Position numbers and translations under genes: made by a program. DNA of 64,000 bases from Paragordius varius (lineage: Eukaryota > Animalia > Nematomorpha): the NCBI GenBank assembly GCA_964247055.1, contig OZ176050.1:9238001-9302000 (forward strand), given 5' to 3'. Numbering within the stretch: position 1 is the stretch's first letter; the number at the start of each line of letters is the position of its first letter. This document shows, in pieces, positions 1 through 11,745 of this stretch. The notes beneath the pieces were generated by a model. That model was given only the letters and a program-made list of their open reading frames with translations. It made no database searches and was not told where the DNA came from.

Positions 1-733
1 CATTTAACACTTGAATCATAATACATTTGACCTGATATATTTGTATGAAGTTATACCTGTGCCTCTGTAAAGGGCTTTTGCATATAATCCAATAAGCTTG
101 CCAAATCTTGTTCACAATATTCCATAACTAAATATATACTCTGTAAACTATAAATCAAAAGTTTAACTTATCATAATTTTTCCCAATCGCTATATCATAA
201 ATTTTAATTATATTTGGATGAGGGTCATCATCCTTAAAATAAAGAATAAAAAACCATGGACAAATGCAGCAGTAAAGATATTTCTCGCAAAGAAGTAAGG
301 GGAATTTCTTTATCCGACAAATTTTCACTATTTGTTCGAATTTTTTTAAGTGCGACGATTTTCTGACTTTCCTTATCAAGAGCCTTATATACAACTCCAT
401 ACGTCCCTTCGCCAAGTCTTTTTAATTTTTTATATTTTTCAATCGATTTACAATTATTATGCTTGAACTATAATTAAAAAATGCGATTACTAAAAAATTC
501 TTATCTAACAAATATAATTTATTTGAAGAATCCTCCATATCTAACATGTGTTCTTATTTATTTGCGCAAGCTCTATTTTTTTGCAAACCTAACCTGGTTC
601 CGTTTACATTAACTTTGATTTGATACCATTTGCTGTTTATAATTTAATTCTTGGCTATTTCAATTATGGACAAGTAAATATAAATAAACTTAATATTTAG
701 ATCTTTGTGTTTATTGTTTGTTGTCTATTTATT

Positions 734-3700
734 ATGAGCGTATCTGACAAAAAACAACAGAAAAAACCTCATACTCCTTTTTCACTTAATCATTTTTCTA
801 ACTATGGACAATTAAATGGCGAAATGATAGCGTTACAGGTCAATTCGCAGCAAAATAGCCATCCTAAGTCACATTCAAATAATACACATCGACCAAATCA
901 ATATTATAAAACGATAGAATCAGATATGAATGTGATTCAATCCGCGAATCCTTCGTTGGGTATTGAAAAAAATAATTTTAAAACAAATGGATTACCCTTG
1001 AACAATATAATGGATTCTAACATGATGAATAATTTGAATTGCTTACACATTATACCAGTTAGTCAAACACCACTCTTTTACGTGCCAACTATGAATAATT
1101 TTAAGTTTTTACAATCACCAAATAATCAATATCCCCCACAATTCCCATATCCATTGAATGCGAATCCCAATTTATTATTTGGCAATGTACCTCAGCAACT
1201 TTTCCCAGTTAATCTTGTTGCAGTGTCATCACATACAACCATTCCGAATTCTACCTATTCTTATGGACAATCTATGGCTATAAATGGCAATGAATCAACG
1301 ATAATTGAGTCCTCGAATTCTGGTACCATTTCCTCCGTCGCTCAAGTGGTTGGAACCATGAGTTTACCCTTTAACAACGATAATAGTAAAAATGTTTCAT
1401 ACATACCAAATCATTTGCAACAATCGCAATCATATGCTGCACCAGCTTTTCCCACTCAAATTCCATTTCCCTTGGCATACCAAAATATACCGTCCCCACA
1501 CAACACAAATAATGCCCCATCATTGGGATATCCTAATGCTCCTTTCATAAATTTGTTGCCGGTTGGGAGCGTGAGTGGAGCGCCCGTGGCACCATTTATA
1601 CCCTCTGCATTTACTAATCATCCCCTTATACCTAATTTACAGAACCTTCAAACTTTACCGGTGATAGCTTCAGCTGGAGTTGGATCAACCTACAATGGTA
1701 GCGTTAATAATGGTATGGCTTTGGGTACAACAAGCCTAATATCGTCCTTGACTACAACTACGCATACGACAACGTTATCAGCTATGATGAATTCTAGCAA
1801 CATATCCTCTTCCATCATATCATCCCAGCATAATCACCATCAACAAGCGCCGCCCCCTTATGTTATAGCTTCTTTAGTTTCAACTCTGCCACAAAGCTCA
1901 ACAACTATGCTTATACACAACAATAATGCTAATATTGTTCGGAGCAAAGCAGTCAATGCATCATCGAGCGGCGAGGAAGGTGGTATACATGTTTTGCCTA
2001 ATGCTACCACACCACTTATCAATACTTCCTCATCCTATAACTCTATTGCTCTTCCCCTTAGCCATCCCATGGGCCATCCCACATCTAATTGGCAACCTTC
2101 GACTCATCACACGAGTAAACCAATCAAGAAATCACATGCATTGAATATAACCCATCCAGAAACAGGCGCTATTTTTACAGCTAAAGAGCTAGCTGCTTCC
2201 GAACCCGATAAGAATAGCATTGAGTTCAAAAATAAAATAACTCAAGTGGCTTTGACAGAAAAGGAGGAAGTGTTGGATGCATCTGTCATCCCCCCAGATG
2301 AGGAAATTAAAACGAAGGATGCATTTCCTGCAGTAAAGGATATTTTGGAATCGGATTATAAAAATATTATTGTTACTGAGGCGGCACCAACATTGGTTGG
2401 CGTAAAAGAAGTGGAAATGGTCTCAAATGATATTCATATCAACATTTCTAATGAGGATGACTCTCTAAAACGTCTTGATAAAATTGATCAAACTGATGCT
2501 AAAGTAGATTCTATTCAATGCTCAATAGTTACTACTACTACTACTAGTGATGTACCCATTGATAATAAAAATATTTCGATACCTATCAAATCTCTTGAAA
2601 CTTCAAATGCTCAACCTGGGCTTAACACTAATTTTGCCCCTAGTACCGCTCTTTTGTCTGATTTTCAAACCCCTGCGACTCCTTTACCAAACAATAAAAT
2701 CAGCCCTACCACAAGGATTTTACCATCAAGCAGTCAAAGATTTATTCAATACACCAAGACTGATTTGCTAAAGATCAAAACTTTGGTTGATGTTAATGAG
2801 TGTCCCGTATCTTTGGTTCATTATGATTTTTATGTTGCTACTAATCGTATGTACAATAATAATATGGGCAACAAACGAAACATGGGTGGTTATGGTATGG
2901 TCAATGACATGCGAATGGCATTCCCTCGTAATTCCGTTTATGGTCGCTCTATGATGACACCCGAACCCTTACCGACTACCAAACAAGTTGAATACATACC
3001 TGCTAAAGATGCCTGGCGAGCCTCACATCGACGGACTGAAACGAATCCCGAAACTGCTGAAACGGAAATGATTGTTGGTAAAGTTAAATCTCTTTTAAAT
3101 AAAATTTCACCAAACAATTTCAATCAGCTCCTAGACGAGTTTAAATCTTTGGCTTTACATATAAATTCATTGGACCGTGTTACCGGTGTTGTTAAGGTCA
3201 TTTTTCATAAGGCCCTTCTCGAACCTGCCTTTGTTGACATGTATGCACTACTTCTTCAAGCTCTCTGTGCATGTTGTGAGCCATTTAAACCGTTGTGCAT
3301 TATATTAACAATGTGCCAAAAACAATTTGAAGCAATCAAATCCGAAAAGTCTGAGGAAGAGCTTGAATTTGAGAAAAAAATTCAAGAAGCAACTGACGAA
3401 AACGAAAAACGAATTTTAGAGGAAGATTTGAATGAATATATTTTGAAGGAACGCGATCGATATCTTGGTAATATCAAGTTTGTAAGTGAATTGCTTAAAC
3501 TACAATTGTTGACTCCTAAGATTTTCTTGGATTGCCTAGTGACTCTATACAACGTTAAAACTGATATTGCTTATGAAGGTCTTTGCAACATGTTGCGTTA
3601 TGCCGGCAAAGATTTTGAATCTCATCCCGGTCAACGTATAGTGGAGGAAATGATAAATAACTTTAAAAAACTTTCGAAAGATAACAATATATCCTCACGC

Positions 3701-5140
3701 ATCCGTTTCATGATGACTGATATAATTGATTTGAAAGAAAATGGTTGGGTTCCACGTCGAGACGAAGATGCTCCCCGCACTTATGAGGAGATTGAAATGG
3801 AAATGGCTCGCGAAAATGAGGAAACCCGGAAAATGGCAGCGAGTGTTTTGAAACGACACCATTTACAATCTAAGGGTGGTGGTAATGTTAACCGTATGGG
3901 AGAAACACCCAGCCCTAATTTGTATAACAATAATACAGCTGGCTCAAATTCAATCATGAGTTCAGGTTTATCGTCGAATGCCGGTATGTCCCCAATGCCC
4001 GAGTTTAAAAATTTAGCTCATAGGCCAGTCGGTATTCATAGTAGGCAAGAACAAAATTTGGATACGATTAAACTTGGACCCTCTAAATGGGTTCGTAATA
4101 CTTCAACTAATGCCAATAAGCAAATCTCAGCAAACGTTAAAACGGCTTCTCCTGCATCTACCACACCTGTAAGCGTTTTGTCGAATGCTACGCGAAACGC
4201 AACTGCAGAAAATATTAATGGTTCATTTGATGCATTTAAGAATGGCAAAACTAATATTTCCAAAGGTGCTATTCCAAACGTTTCAATGGTCCCATCGGCT
4301 AATGCCGAGCGCAAAAAAAGCCCAGAAGACTTTTTAGCCTCGCTGAAATACTTTCTCGAATCTGGGGAGCCCGAAGATATTACCGAATGCTTTGATTTCG
4401 ATATACCTACCCTTATTAGGGATTTCGATGTAATTTATGGCATTTTTGATCACAATGAAACCAGACCTAACTATACGAAGGCTCTTTTTACATTTTTGCA
4501 AAAATCGCAGTGCGATATTAGCGATATTCAGAGCTTAATTGATTATTTGATAGATCAAAAAGAAAATTTTGATTTCCCCCTTCTTTTGCAATATGTTGCT
4601 GATATTATCATTCCCATTTACGAAGAATCAGAATACCACCCGTATCTTCCTGAATTGTTATCGTCCATTAAAAATAAATTAACACCGCTAGATTATACCT
4701 CTTTGTGTTTAGCCTTGTATGAAACTACCACATCTATTTCTACTGAGCCATCTACATTTTCCAACGAAATATATAACATTTACATTGAATCCTTGAACGG
4801 CCTGTTTAATGGTAAAACATTGACCCCTTCCGAAATATTCGCAACAGATTCGGCTCTCAAAACATACCTTATTGATCTTTGTTCGAACATTTTGCGATAC
4901 ATGCGCAAAACAAGCACTGATGGAAACGATACATTGTTAAAATCAAAGGGCGATCCTTTGTTCGAAGCCCTAAAATTATTTATGCATACAAACGAATCTT
5001 TAATTACATCCCCTACGCAAACTGTACTTTTATTACCAATCCTTTCCCAAGTTTTGCAGCAAAAACACAAGAGTGATGTATATGACCGCCTTCAACAAGA
5101 TTCCGAACTTGCAAATATTTTCAATGGATCCCAAGTTTAA
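734..5140 (+). CDS. eIF4G: Eukaryotic translation initiation factor 4G, 1468 aa, intronless CDS
   Basis: Long ORF with a low-complexity P/N/Q/S-rich N-terminus and an eIF4E-binding motif YTKTDLL (YxxxxL-phi). It contains a MIF4G domain (KVKSLLNKISPNNF...IFHKALLEPAFVDMYA...RYLGNIKFVSEL...SSRIRFMMTDIIDLKENGWVPRR) and a divergent helical, probably MA3-like, C-terminus. The first ATG is at 734; the ORF track starts at a GTG at 707. Confidence 0.95.
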   Translation: MSVSDKKQQKKPHTPFSLNHFSNYGQLNGEMIALQVNSQQNSHPKSHSNNTHRPNQYYKTIESDMNVIQSANPSLGIEKNNFKTNGLPLNNIMDSNMMNNLNCLHIIPVSQTPLFYVPTMNNFKFLQSPNNQYPPQFPYPLNANPNLLFGNVPQQLFPVNLVAVSSHTTIPNSTYSYGQSMAINGNESTIIESSNSGTISSVAQVVGTMSLPFNNDNSKNVSYIPNHLQQSQSYAAPAFPTQIPFPLAYQNIPSPHNTNNAPSLGYPNAPFINLLPVGSVSGAPVAPFIPSAFTNHPLIPNLQNLQTLPVIASAGVGSTYNGSVNNGMALGTTSLISSLTTTTHTTTLSAMMNSSNISSSIISSQHNHHQQAPPPYVIASLVSTLPQSSTTMLIHNNNANIVRSKAVNASSSGEEGGIHVLPNATTPLINTSSSYNSIALPLSHPMGHPTSNWQPSTHHTSKPIKKSHALNITHPETGAIFTAKELAASEPDKNSIEFKNKITQVALTEKEEVLDASVIPPDEEIKTKDAFPAVKDILESDYKNIIVTEAAPTLVGVKEVEMVSNDIHINISNEDDSLKRLDKIDQTDAKVDSIQCSIVTTTTTSDVPIDNKNISIPIKSLETSNAQPGLNTNFAPSTALLSDFQTPATPLPNNKISPTTRILPSSSQRFIQYTKTDLLKIKTLVDVNECPVSLVHYDFYVATNRMYNNNMGNKRNMGGYGMVNDMRMAFPRNSVYGRSMMTPEPLPTTKQVEYIPAKDAWRASHRRTETNPETAETEMIVGKVKSLLNKISPNNFNQLLDEFKSLALHINSLDRVTGVVKVIFHKALLEPAFVDMYALLLQALCACCEPFKPLCIILTMCQKQFEAIKSEKSEEELEFEKKIQEATDENEKRILEEDLNEYILKERDRYLGNIKFVSELLKLQLLTPKIFLDCLVTLYNVKTDIAYEGLCNMLRYAGKDFESHPGQRIVEEMINNFKKLSKDNNISSRIRFMMTDIIDLKENGWVPRRDEDAPRTYEEIEMEMARENEETRKMAASVLKRHHLQSKGGGNVNRMGETPSPNLYNNNTAGSNSIMSSGLSSNAGMSPMPEFKNLAHRPVGIHSRQEQNLDTIKLGPSKWVRNTSTNANKQISANVKTASPASTTPVSVLSNATRNATAENINGSFDAFKNGKTNISKGAIPNVSMVPSANAERKKSPEDFLASLKYFLESGEPEDITECFDFDIPTLIRDFDVIYGIFDHNETRPNYTKALFTFLQKSQCDISDIQSLIDYLIDQKENFDFPLLLQYVADIIIPIYEESEYHPYLPELLSSIKNKLTPLDYTSLCLALYETTTSISTEPSTFSNEIYNIYIESLNGLFNGKTLTPSEIFATDSALKTYLIDLCSNILRYMRKTSTDGNDTLLKSKGDPLFEALKLFMHTNESLITSPTQTVLLLPILSQVLQQKHKSDVYDRLQQDSELANIFNGSQV
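2750..2770 (+). other. eIF4E-binding motif of eIF4G (YTKTDLL)
   Basis: TAC ACC AAG ACT GAT TTG CTA matches the canonical YxxxxL-phi motif and lies upstream of the MIF4G domain, as expected. Confidence 0.75.
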
Positions 5141-7052
5141 TAACCACATTATTATGTTTATATCCAACTGCGACTGACCTATACATTCTTTGTGGAAAAA
5201 TAATTTAAAACACCAATTTTTTATTACATACAAAAAAATTTTTAGTACATGTTAATTGGCTAATTAGTTTGTTATTTTCAAGCTAGTGAGTTTCGAATTA
5301 TTTTTTGCCTTTTACGAATTTTATTTTTGGCACATAGAATTGATTATTTTAAACTTCCACCCCTATTAGTCATCACTTTCATAAATTGAGCACATTTGTA
5401 ATTTATTTATGTTTTTTGGATTTCTTAATTTGCTTTTTGGTTTGAATTCATATTTAATTGATATATTAACAAGGCTCATTGCCCATTATATATACCCATA
5501 TGTCTTATAGTATTGTCCTGCATTACACCATTATCTTACATTTTACATATACATACATTATTGGTACATATTTTTCGGATTTCATTCAATAAAAAACATG
5601 CAACATGTCCCAATCATTTTGGGTGTTTAAAACTTTGATCCACGCAATTTACGACATAATAGTTAAAAAATATTATCTTACTTTTTGGCGTCTGCTCTGC
5701 TAATAAATAATACGCTTTGCTAATAGGTGTTATTGTAACTTACAGCAGACTTCCTTTTACTGAAGAAATATAACAATGTTGAATGCAAATTTTTTATTTT
5801 TTATCTATCATTTGGCAATTTTTCTTTCAATTTAAATAAAAAAATAGGTTGCGACGCGCCATTGGATTGGTTATATCTAAGTATAACTATATTATCTTCT
5901 CCTGGGCACGCTTTACGATAATTTTATATTATGTAATCAATATATATGCTACTTTTACTATAATATACTGCTGATGCATGCATGTTTCTTAATTAATTAT
6001 TTTTATAAATATGTTATTAAGTAAAACACCTCTTTATCCCTACCTTATTATATCATAATACATAATTATTTTATTGCCATTGTTTGATTGATTGATTTTG
6101 GGATATAGAGATACATCAAAATTAATTAGTATATATATGTGTATGTGAAACTCTGTATGGATAGGAGAGTTTTAAATTGCATCGTTGTTTTGCTATATAA
6201 CACAAAATACACCCCTAAACTTTTAAGCAAGCACTTGTGTATAAATAAAATGGAGACATACATAATTGATGCTGCATATTTTGTCCATTAAGTAACAAAC
6301 ATATTACATAAATGTATATCCATCTTTTTATTATTATACATACATATATATTTATATATTATACCTGATGTTTCGCGCAAACAAATATACTTATTGTATT
6401 GAAATATATATATACACTATTATGAAACCACAAACATGTCGCATATGAAAATACCGAAAATGACAACAAGGGAAATAAATTTAATTTTATAATTTTGCTT
6501 TTTATCAGAGCTTTTAACGAAATCATTAATGAAAGATTAGAATAGGGTTTTTTCTCATATAAAATAAGGAACAGGTTTTACTCCTATTTTAAACCGAAAT
6601 TTGAGTTTCGGAATAGTGAGGCTTTCTTTTCATTTTATGCTACCAGTCCTCAGTTATTTATTCTTCATTATTTATAGCGGAATAATCAAAATAATGCCGA
6701 TCGCCAGAGATTACTTATAAATACATCCCATTTTTTCTAGGGTGATAAGATAGTAGTTTTGCATTTTTTTACAGTCTTTTGTTACGAATCTATAAAATAT
6801 TTGTTTAAGCCCTTACATTTTTCGAATGCGGTCCGTCAGTTATCTGTGTAGCAGACCCCTGGTTTATAAAATTTAATAACTTTAAATTAGTATTAATAAT
6901 CCGGACACTCACCTAAAAATTTTAAGGGCCGAAATAAATATTTTTCTTGTATCAAGGGCCACTCGCCATATAGTACCGACAAATATTCCAAAGCTATTTG
7001 ACATGTTATTTATACCTTAAATAAGTAAGTACATACAAAAATGAATGAATAA

Positions 7053-8189
7053 CACTGCTCAACAAGGTTTTGCACCACCCCATTATTTTTGCATTTTCTG
7101 ATACCTAATGGCATGGAAAGGCCAAAACAAAAAAGAAAATTGAGGCCACCAATAGGATTTTTCCGAAATTTAATTTTTTAATTTGTATTTAATTTAAAAA
7201 TAACAATCATTCCTCGTGTACATATGTTTAAATATTCAAACGAACAAGTCGATACAAGTAAATTCCATGCATGAATAACAAAATTCTAGGCATTAAAAAA
7301 GATACTAAACATGCTAAGAGCCAAAGTATTAAAAATCTAAAAGGGGCTTATGTATCGTGTGATAGATCCGGGCGGCTGCACAAGCTCTGCATATCCCCCA
7401 AGCGATCCAATTATGCCAGATATGGCAAAGATAACAATAAGTAATCGTAAAGCCCGATAAGAGAGACTTGCAAGCAAAATCCAGGCAAATTGACATGTCA
7501 AATTAACCAATTCACAGAATAAAGTTAGAGAAATTCTACAATTAAATTGAATAAAAAGATTAGGTAAATACAAATGGTCCAATCCCATAATAGTAAATTC
7601 TACTAAGAGTGGCTACACAACATCCATCTGAAATTAAAAATACAAAACAACCAATAATTTTAAAAAATAAAGTATATCCACTAGATATAATAAAGGATTT
7701 TTTGTAAGAACCAACTCAAGAAAAAAGCCTAATAAGTACTTGAAAGAACGAAAACTAACAAAAAAAAATATAGCCTATCTGAAAGCCGAAGGTTTAAACC
7801 ATAGAATCCCTTTTTTGGTATATTTTAAAAATTTTTCTATACGTATTAAAAATTCACTTGAAAGAAAAAGACTAAATTTTGACGTTTAAGTCCGTACTAT
7901 TTTTTTCTCTCTGATATTTAAATGACATATTTATATTCAAAAGATAGAGTTTAAAACGCTTTAATAAATGATATTAAGTTTATAATATAATAACATTTTA
8001 TTATAAAGTTATATTTAATTTCTCTCGATTTTCTCTTGTTTTTGAAAAATTGAAAAACCTATGATATTTCAAAATTCTGATTGGCGGGATCAAAAAATTT
8101 TTCACATTCGGTTTTAAAACACTGAAATTAGTCATAATTTAAAAGTTTGAGTGGTGGTGCTCAAAAATGTCCAAATTTGTCGACTAGTG
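7053..8189. mobile_element. Non-autonomous DNA transposon (~1.13 kb) with CACTG...TAGTG termini, copy 1
   Basis: Near-identical to 22947-24070. Imperfect TIRs (CACTGCTCAACAA vs reverse complement CACTAGTCGACAA), with TAA on both sides. Superfamily is ambiguous (Tc1/mariner with TA, or CACTA/Harbinger with TAA). Lies between hAT-type end fragments (~6830-6862 and ~8217-8261). Confidence 0.8.
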
Positions 8190-9199
8190 TAATTCAAGAC
8201 AATATAAAACACTTTTAGGGCCGCGCTCGTAGCTGCGGTTTGAGTACAACTGCATTTTATAATTTAAGTAAAAATTTTATTATATATATGAATTCTATTA
8301 TTGCTCTTGTGGTAAAATGCTATGGTCATGAGAGCATTAAGATTTCTACCCATTAATAATTATTTACCCGTAAAACATATGATTGATAATGAAATAGACA
8401 AACTGTCTACAATGTATAAATTAAGAGATTTATTTCGAAGCTTATAATATTGTTTAATTAATAAACACCGTTAACTTTAAAGTTATCGGTGTGCCCAATG
8501 TTATGGTGTTTATTCAAACATGTTTACTTATTTATTTAAAAGAGAAATATATATTTTTATAATATTTCAAGATTTTTCATTTTTTTCATGTAAATTCCCA
8601 TCTTAAAACATTATTCCTTTGATAATTATAAAATAACGAACTTTAAAAACTCGCTACTTTGACAAAATATTAATTTCAAGACAGCCTGATACCAAATATA
8701 GTTTTTTGAAATATAAAGGAGGTGTTTTTAATTTAATAAACCTTAAATTCATTAGCGTATCGGATTTCTTGCGGGGGGGGGGGGGGCAGGAGGCAAATAT
8801 TTTGCTTTTATACGCGATCGGCACTCCTAATTAATTTATTATGATCTCATAATTTTGGCGAGCCTACAAAACATAATGTTACGCGGGTTTATGGGTATAA
8901 AGAATTCCACCAAATTTAAACAATGTTAACAAAAAATAATTATCCAGCAATGATTTTATCATAAAAAACATAAGCAATTATTCGGTGAAAATTGCCAAAA
9001 AAAATTATTTTTGACATCGGGTATATAAGTAATAAAAAACCATGTATAATTTTGTCCTTATGAAGTAAAGAGGTTTGAACATTTGTAAAACTATATATAT
9101 TTTTACCGTGGTAAACATGATAGTGTAAGTTGGAGCCTGCGAAGCTGCTATTTGAAAAAAGGGCAAACAAAATTGTGATCCATATATTGGATTATTTCA

Positions 9200-10500
9200 A
9201 ACCATTAATTAATAGTTATGATCTCATAGGTTGAAAACGGTGCATTTTAAATCTTTGCATATAATATATTGTTTACTGGCGTAAAAGCACAAATTGACGG
9301 CTAACGGAAAATACCGCTATACTATATTTTTTACCTTTTTATGGGTATTATTTTAAGCCTTTATAGAACTCGTCTTCCTTCTTAAGTTTTTAAATGAGCT
9401 CTAAAACCACCCCATTTTTGTATGGAGTCTCATTTTTAAACCGGTATACCCCTACCCTTAGACCTATATGGAAAAAGCGATTAGTTAAATTCTTTACCTT
9501 TATAGGACTTTGGAATCATCTTTGATACCATCGTCTAATAAGTTATTCGGAAAAATACCTCAACACATAAATAATCATTTTATGATTGCGTATTTTTAGG
9601 GCATAAAGGCCCCAAATTAACGGCTAATAAAAAACGCCTGATTTTAATTTTTAGCTAGTTACGGCTAATAATTCAAGCTTTTAATGAGCTCATATGGCTT
9701 CATAAATTTTCTGTAAATTAGCTCAAGACAACTCTTCTTATGCGCAGTTTTTGGCGGGTAGTCCCCTACCCAGAGCCCAATATAAAAAGGATGTTCAATA
9801 AAAAAAATTGCCTTTACTGAGGAATCCTGGAATCATCATTCATTCCATATGTTTTTAAAAGTTTTTGGAAGAATGGCCTCGAAACTAAATAATAGTTCAC
9901 TAATGGCGCATTTTTTAGGGCGTAAAGGGCCTAATTAACGGCTAATTTGAATAACCCGCTCGATATAAATTTTTGCCATTTTACGCGTAATATTCCAGGC
10001 CCCTTTTATAATTATATGGCCTAATAAGTTTTCTGAAATTCAACTCCTAAACAACGCAATTTCGATATGGTGGCTCCCTACCCAGAGGGTCATACAAAAA
10101 ATACCAGGAATCATGATTGATTCCATATGCTCTCATTAGTTTTTGGAAAAACTGCCTTAAAACTAAAAAATCATTCTATGGTGGCGCATTTTTTAGAGCG
10201 TGAAGGGCTTAATTAATTGATAATTTTAAGAAACCGCACGACCCAAATTTTAACCTGTTGCGGGTAATATTTTAAGCAACTATTGAACTCATATGGCCTG
10301 ATAGCTTTTCTGAAATTTAGCCCCAAAGGTAGGTTATTTGGATATGACGGGGCAGTTTTTAATGGGTACTTGTCCAGCAGCCAATATAAAAAACGCACGA
10401 CCAAAATTTTTGCCTTTTATACCCGGAATCCTCATTGAATTTTACGTCTTATACCTTGGGCGAAAAATAGATTTAAAAAATTAAATTTTTTGGAAAAAAA
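9200..10500. repeat. Degenerate tandem array, ~280-320 bp unit, about 4 copies
   Basis: Recurring blocks AATTAACGGCTAAT (~9295, 9615, 9935, 10210), CCCTACCCAGAG, GGAATCATC..TTCCATATG and GGCGCATTTTTTAG.GCG at regular spacing. Confidence 0.6.
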
Positions 10501-11745
10501 TAACATTTTACGGGGGGAGCGGGTAAAACGAGCATCTAAATTTTAAAGGCGAGCCGACTATGTTCGCCGCAATCGAAAAAAAAGTATATAAAAATCATAT
10601 TTGAAATCAAATGGTCCAACACGTCCGGAAAATTGTCTCAAAGACACGATTTTTGTGGACTTTTGTATTAAAAAAAAACGTTTTTACACGGGTGGGCCCG
10701 AGCTGGGGGCCTAATTCAAAAAAACGGGCGAAGCTATTGCACTAATGCAATCAAACCATAGTCCCAACTCTGGTGAGAGTACTTGTCTATCATTGTGGGA
10801 CAATGACATACTGAGAAGCAATGGAGCCGCTGATATTTGAGCAGGGCTGTTTACCAATCTTCGGCATTTATTTTAGCCGAAGTTCAGAGAGGAGAAGAAG
10901 CCGTCGGTTATTTATTCCAGCTGAAGGTACAGCTGAAACATGGTCGCACGAAGGGGTAACGTCAACACTAGCTGATGTCCAAACCATATTGCCCATACTC
11001 ATTTAGAAGCAAACGAACACCCCTTTGGCACCAAGGATAAGATCTAAAATAAACTCTACATTTGACTCGACATATAGCTTTGACTTTGAGAAGTAAGAAC
11101 CATAAACTGTTTGTACGATTATTTAAAATCAATTATTGTTTTTATATGCCTAACACGGCGAAATTAACATTTCTTTTAATTTATATACATATTGCTTATT
11201 AACCATACTAACTTACAATAAAACACTAACACAAAGGCATTTATTTATGTATGTATATAATCACATCAAACCCAACCTCCGATGTGTCTTCCCGCTCTGA
11301 AGCTCACTGCTTTACGAGTGGGTAGGTAATGCCTAGACGGTAGATGGCCGACGATCTTTTGACGCTACACCCTTTACTTTTTTACTTGCATAACACAACA
11401 TATTGCCGATTAAGACATTGGTCTTTCTATGTTTTGAAAAACCTTAATTGTTGTTTTATTACGATATTAATTTATTTTACCAAATACAAATATCAGGAAT
11501 ACTGATCATTTCTTATTTTTAATATATACCACTTTGCCATATTATTAAAATTTTTTTTATTTTAAAACACAGAAACAGCTCATATATAAAGTTTCAACCT
11601 TCCAACGAGATATAACTGTTCGTGCAAATCTATATTTAGATATGCGAAAGTGATATAAAAATATTTTTAGGAAATGCCTTTATACATAATTATTTACAAA
11701 AATATGGTTTAGTCATATACCAATATGGTTTTATAATATATTATA

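Noticed and set aside
155-415. 86-aa minus ORF and the many other 60-110 aa AT-rich ORFs in repeat regions
   Set aside because: Their composition is F/I/K/L/N-rich as expected by chance in AT-rich DNA, and most lie inside identified transposon copies.
707-733. GTG start for eIF4G
   Set aside because: This is a eukaryotic gene and the first in-frame ATG is at 734.
1926-5233. Short alternate-frame and antisense ORFs inside eIF4G (and 29758-30597)
   Set aside because: They are shadows of the main coding frame with no recognisable products.
10700-11400. GC-richer segment including ORF 10821-11006
   Set aside because: There are stops in all frames and only a faint resemblance to retroelement RNase H; not enough to call.
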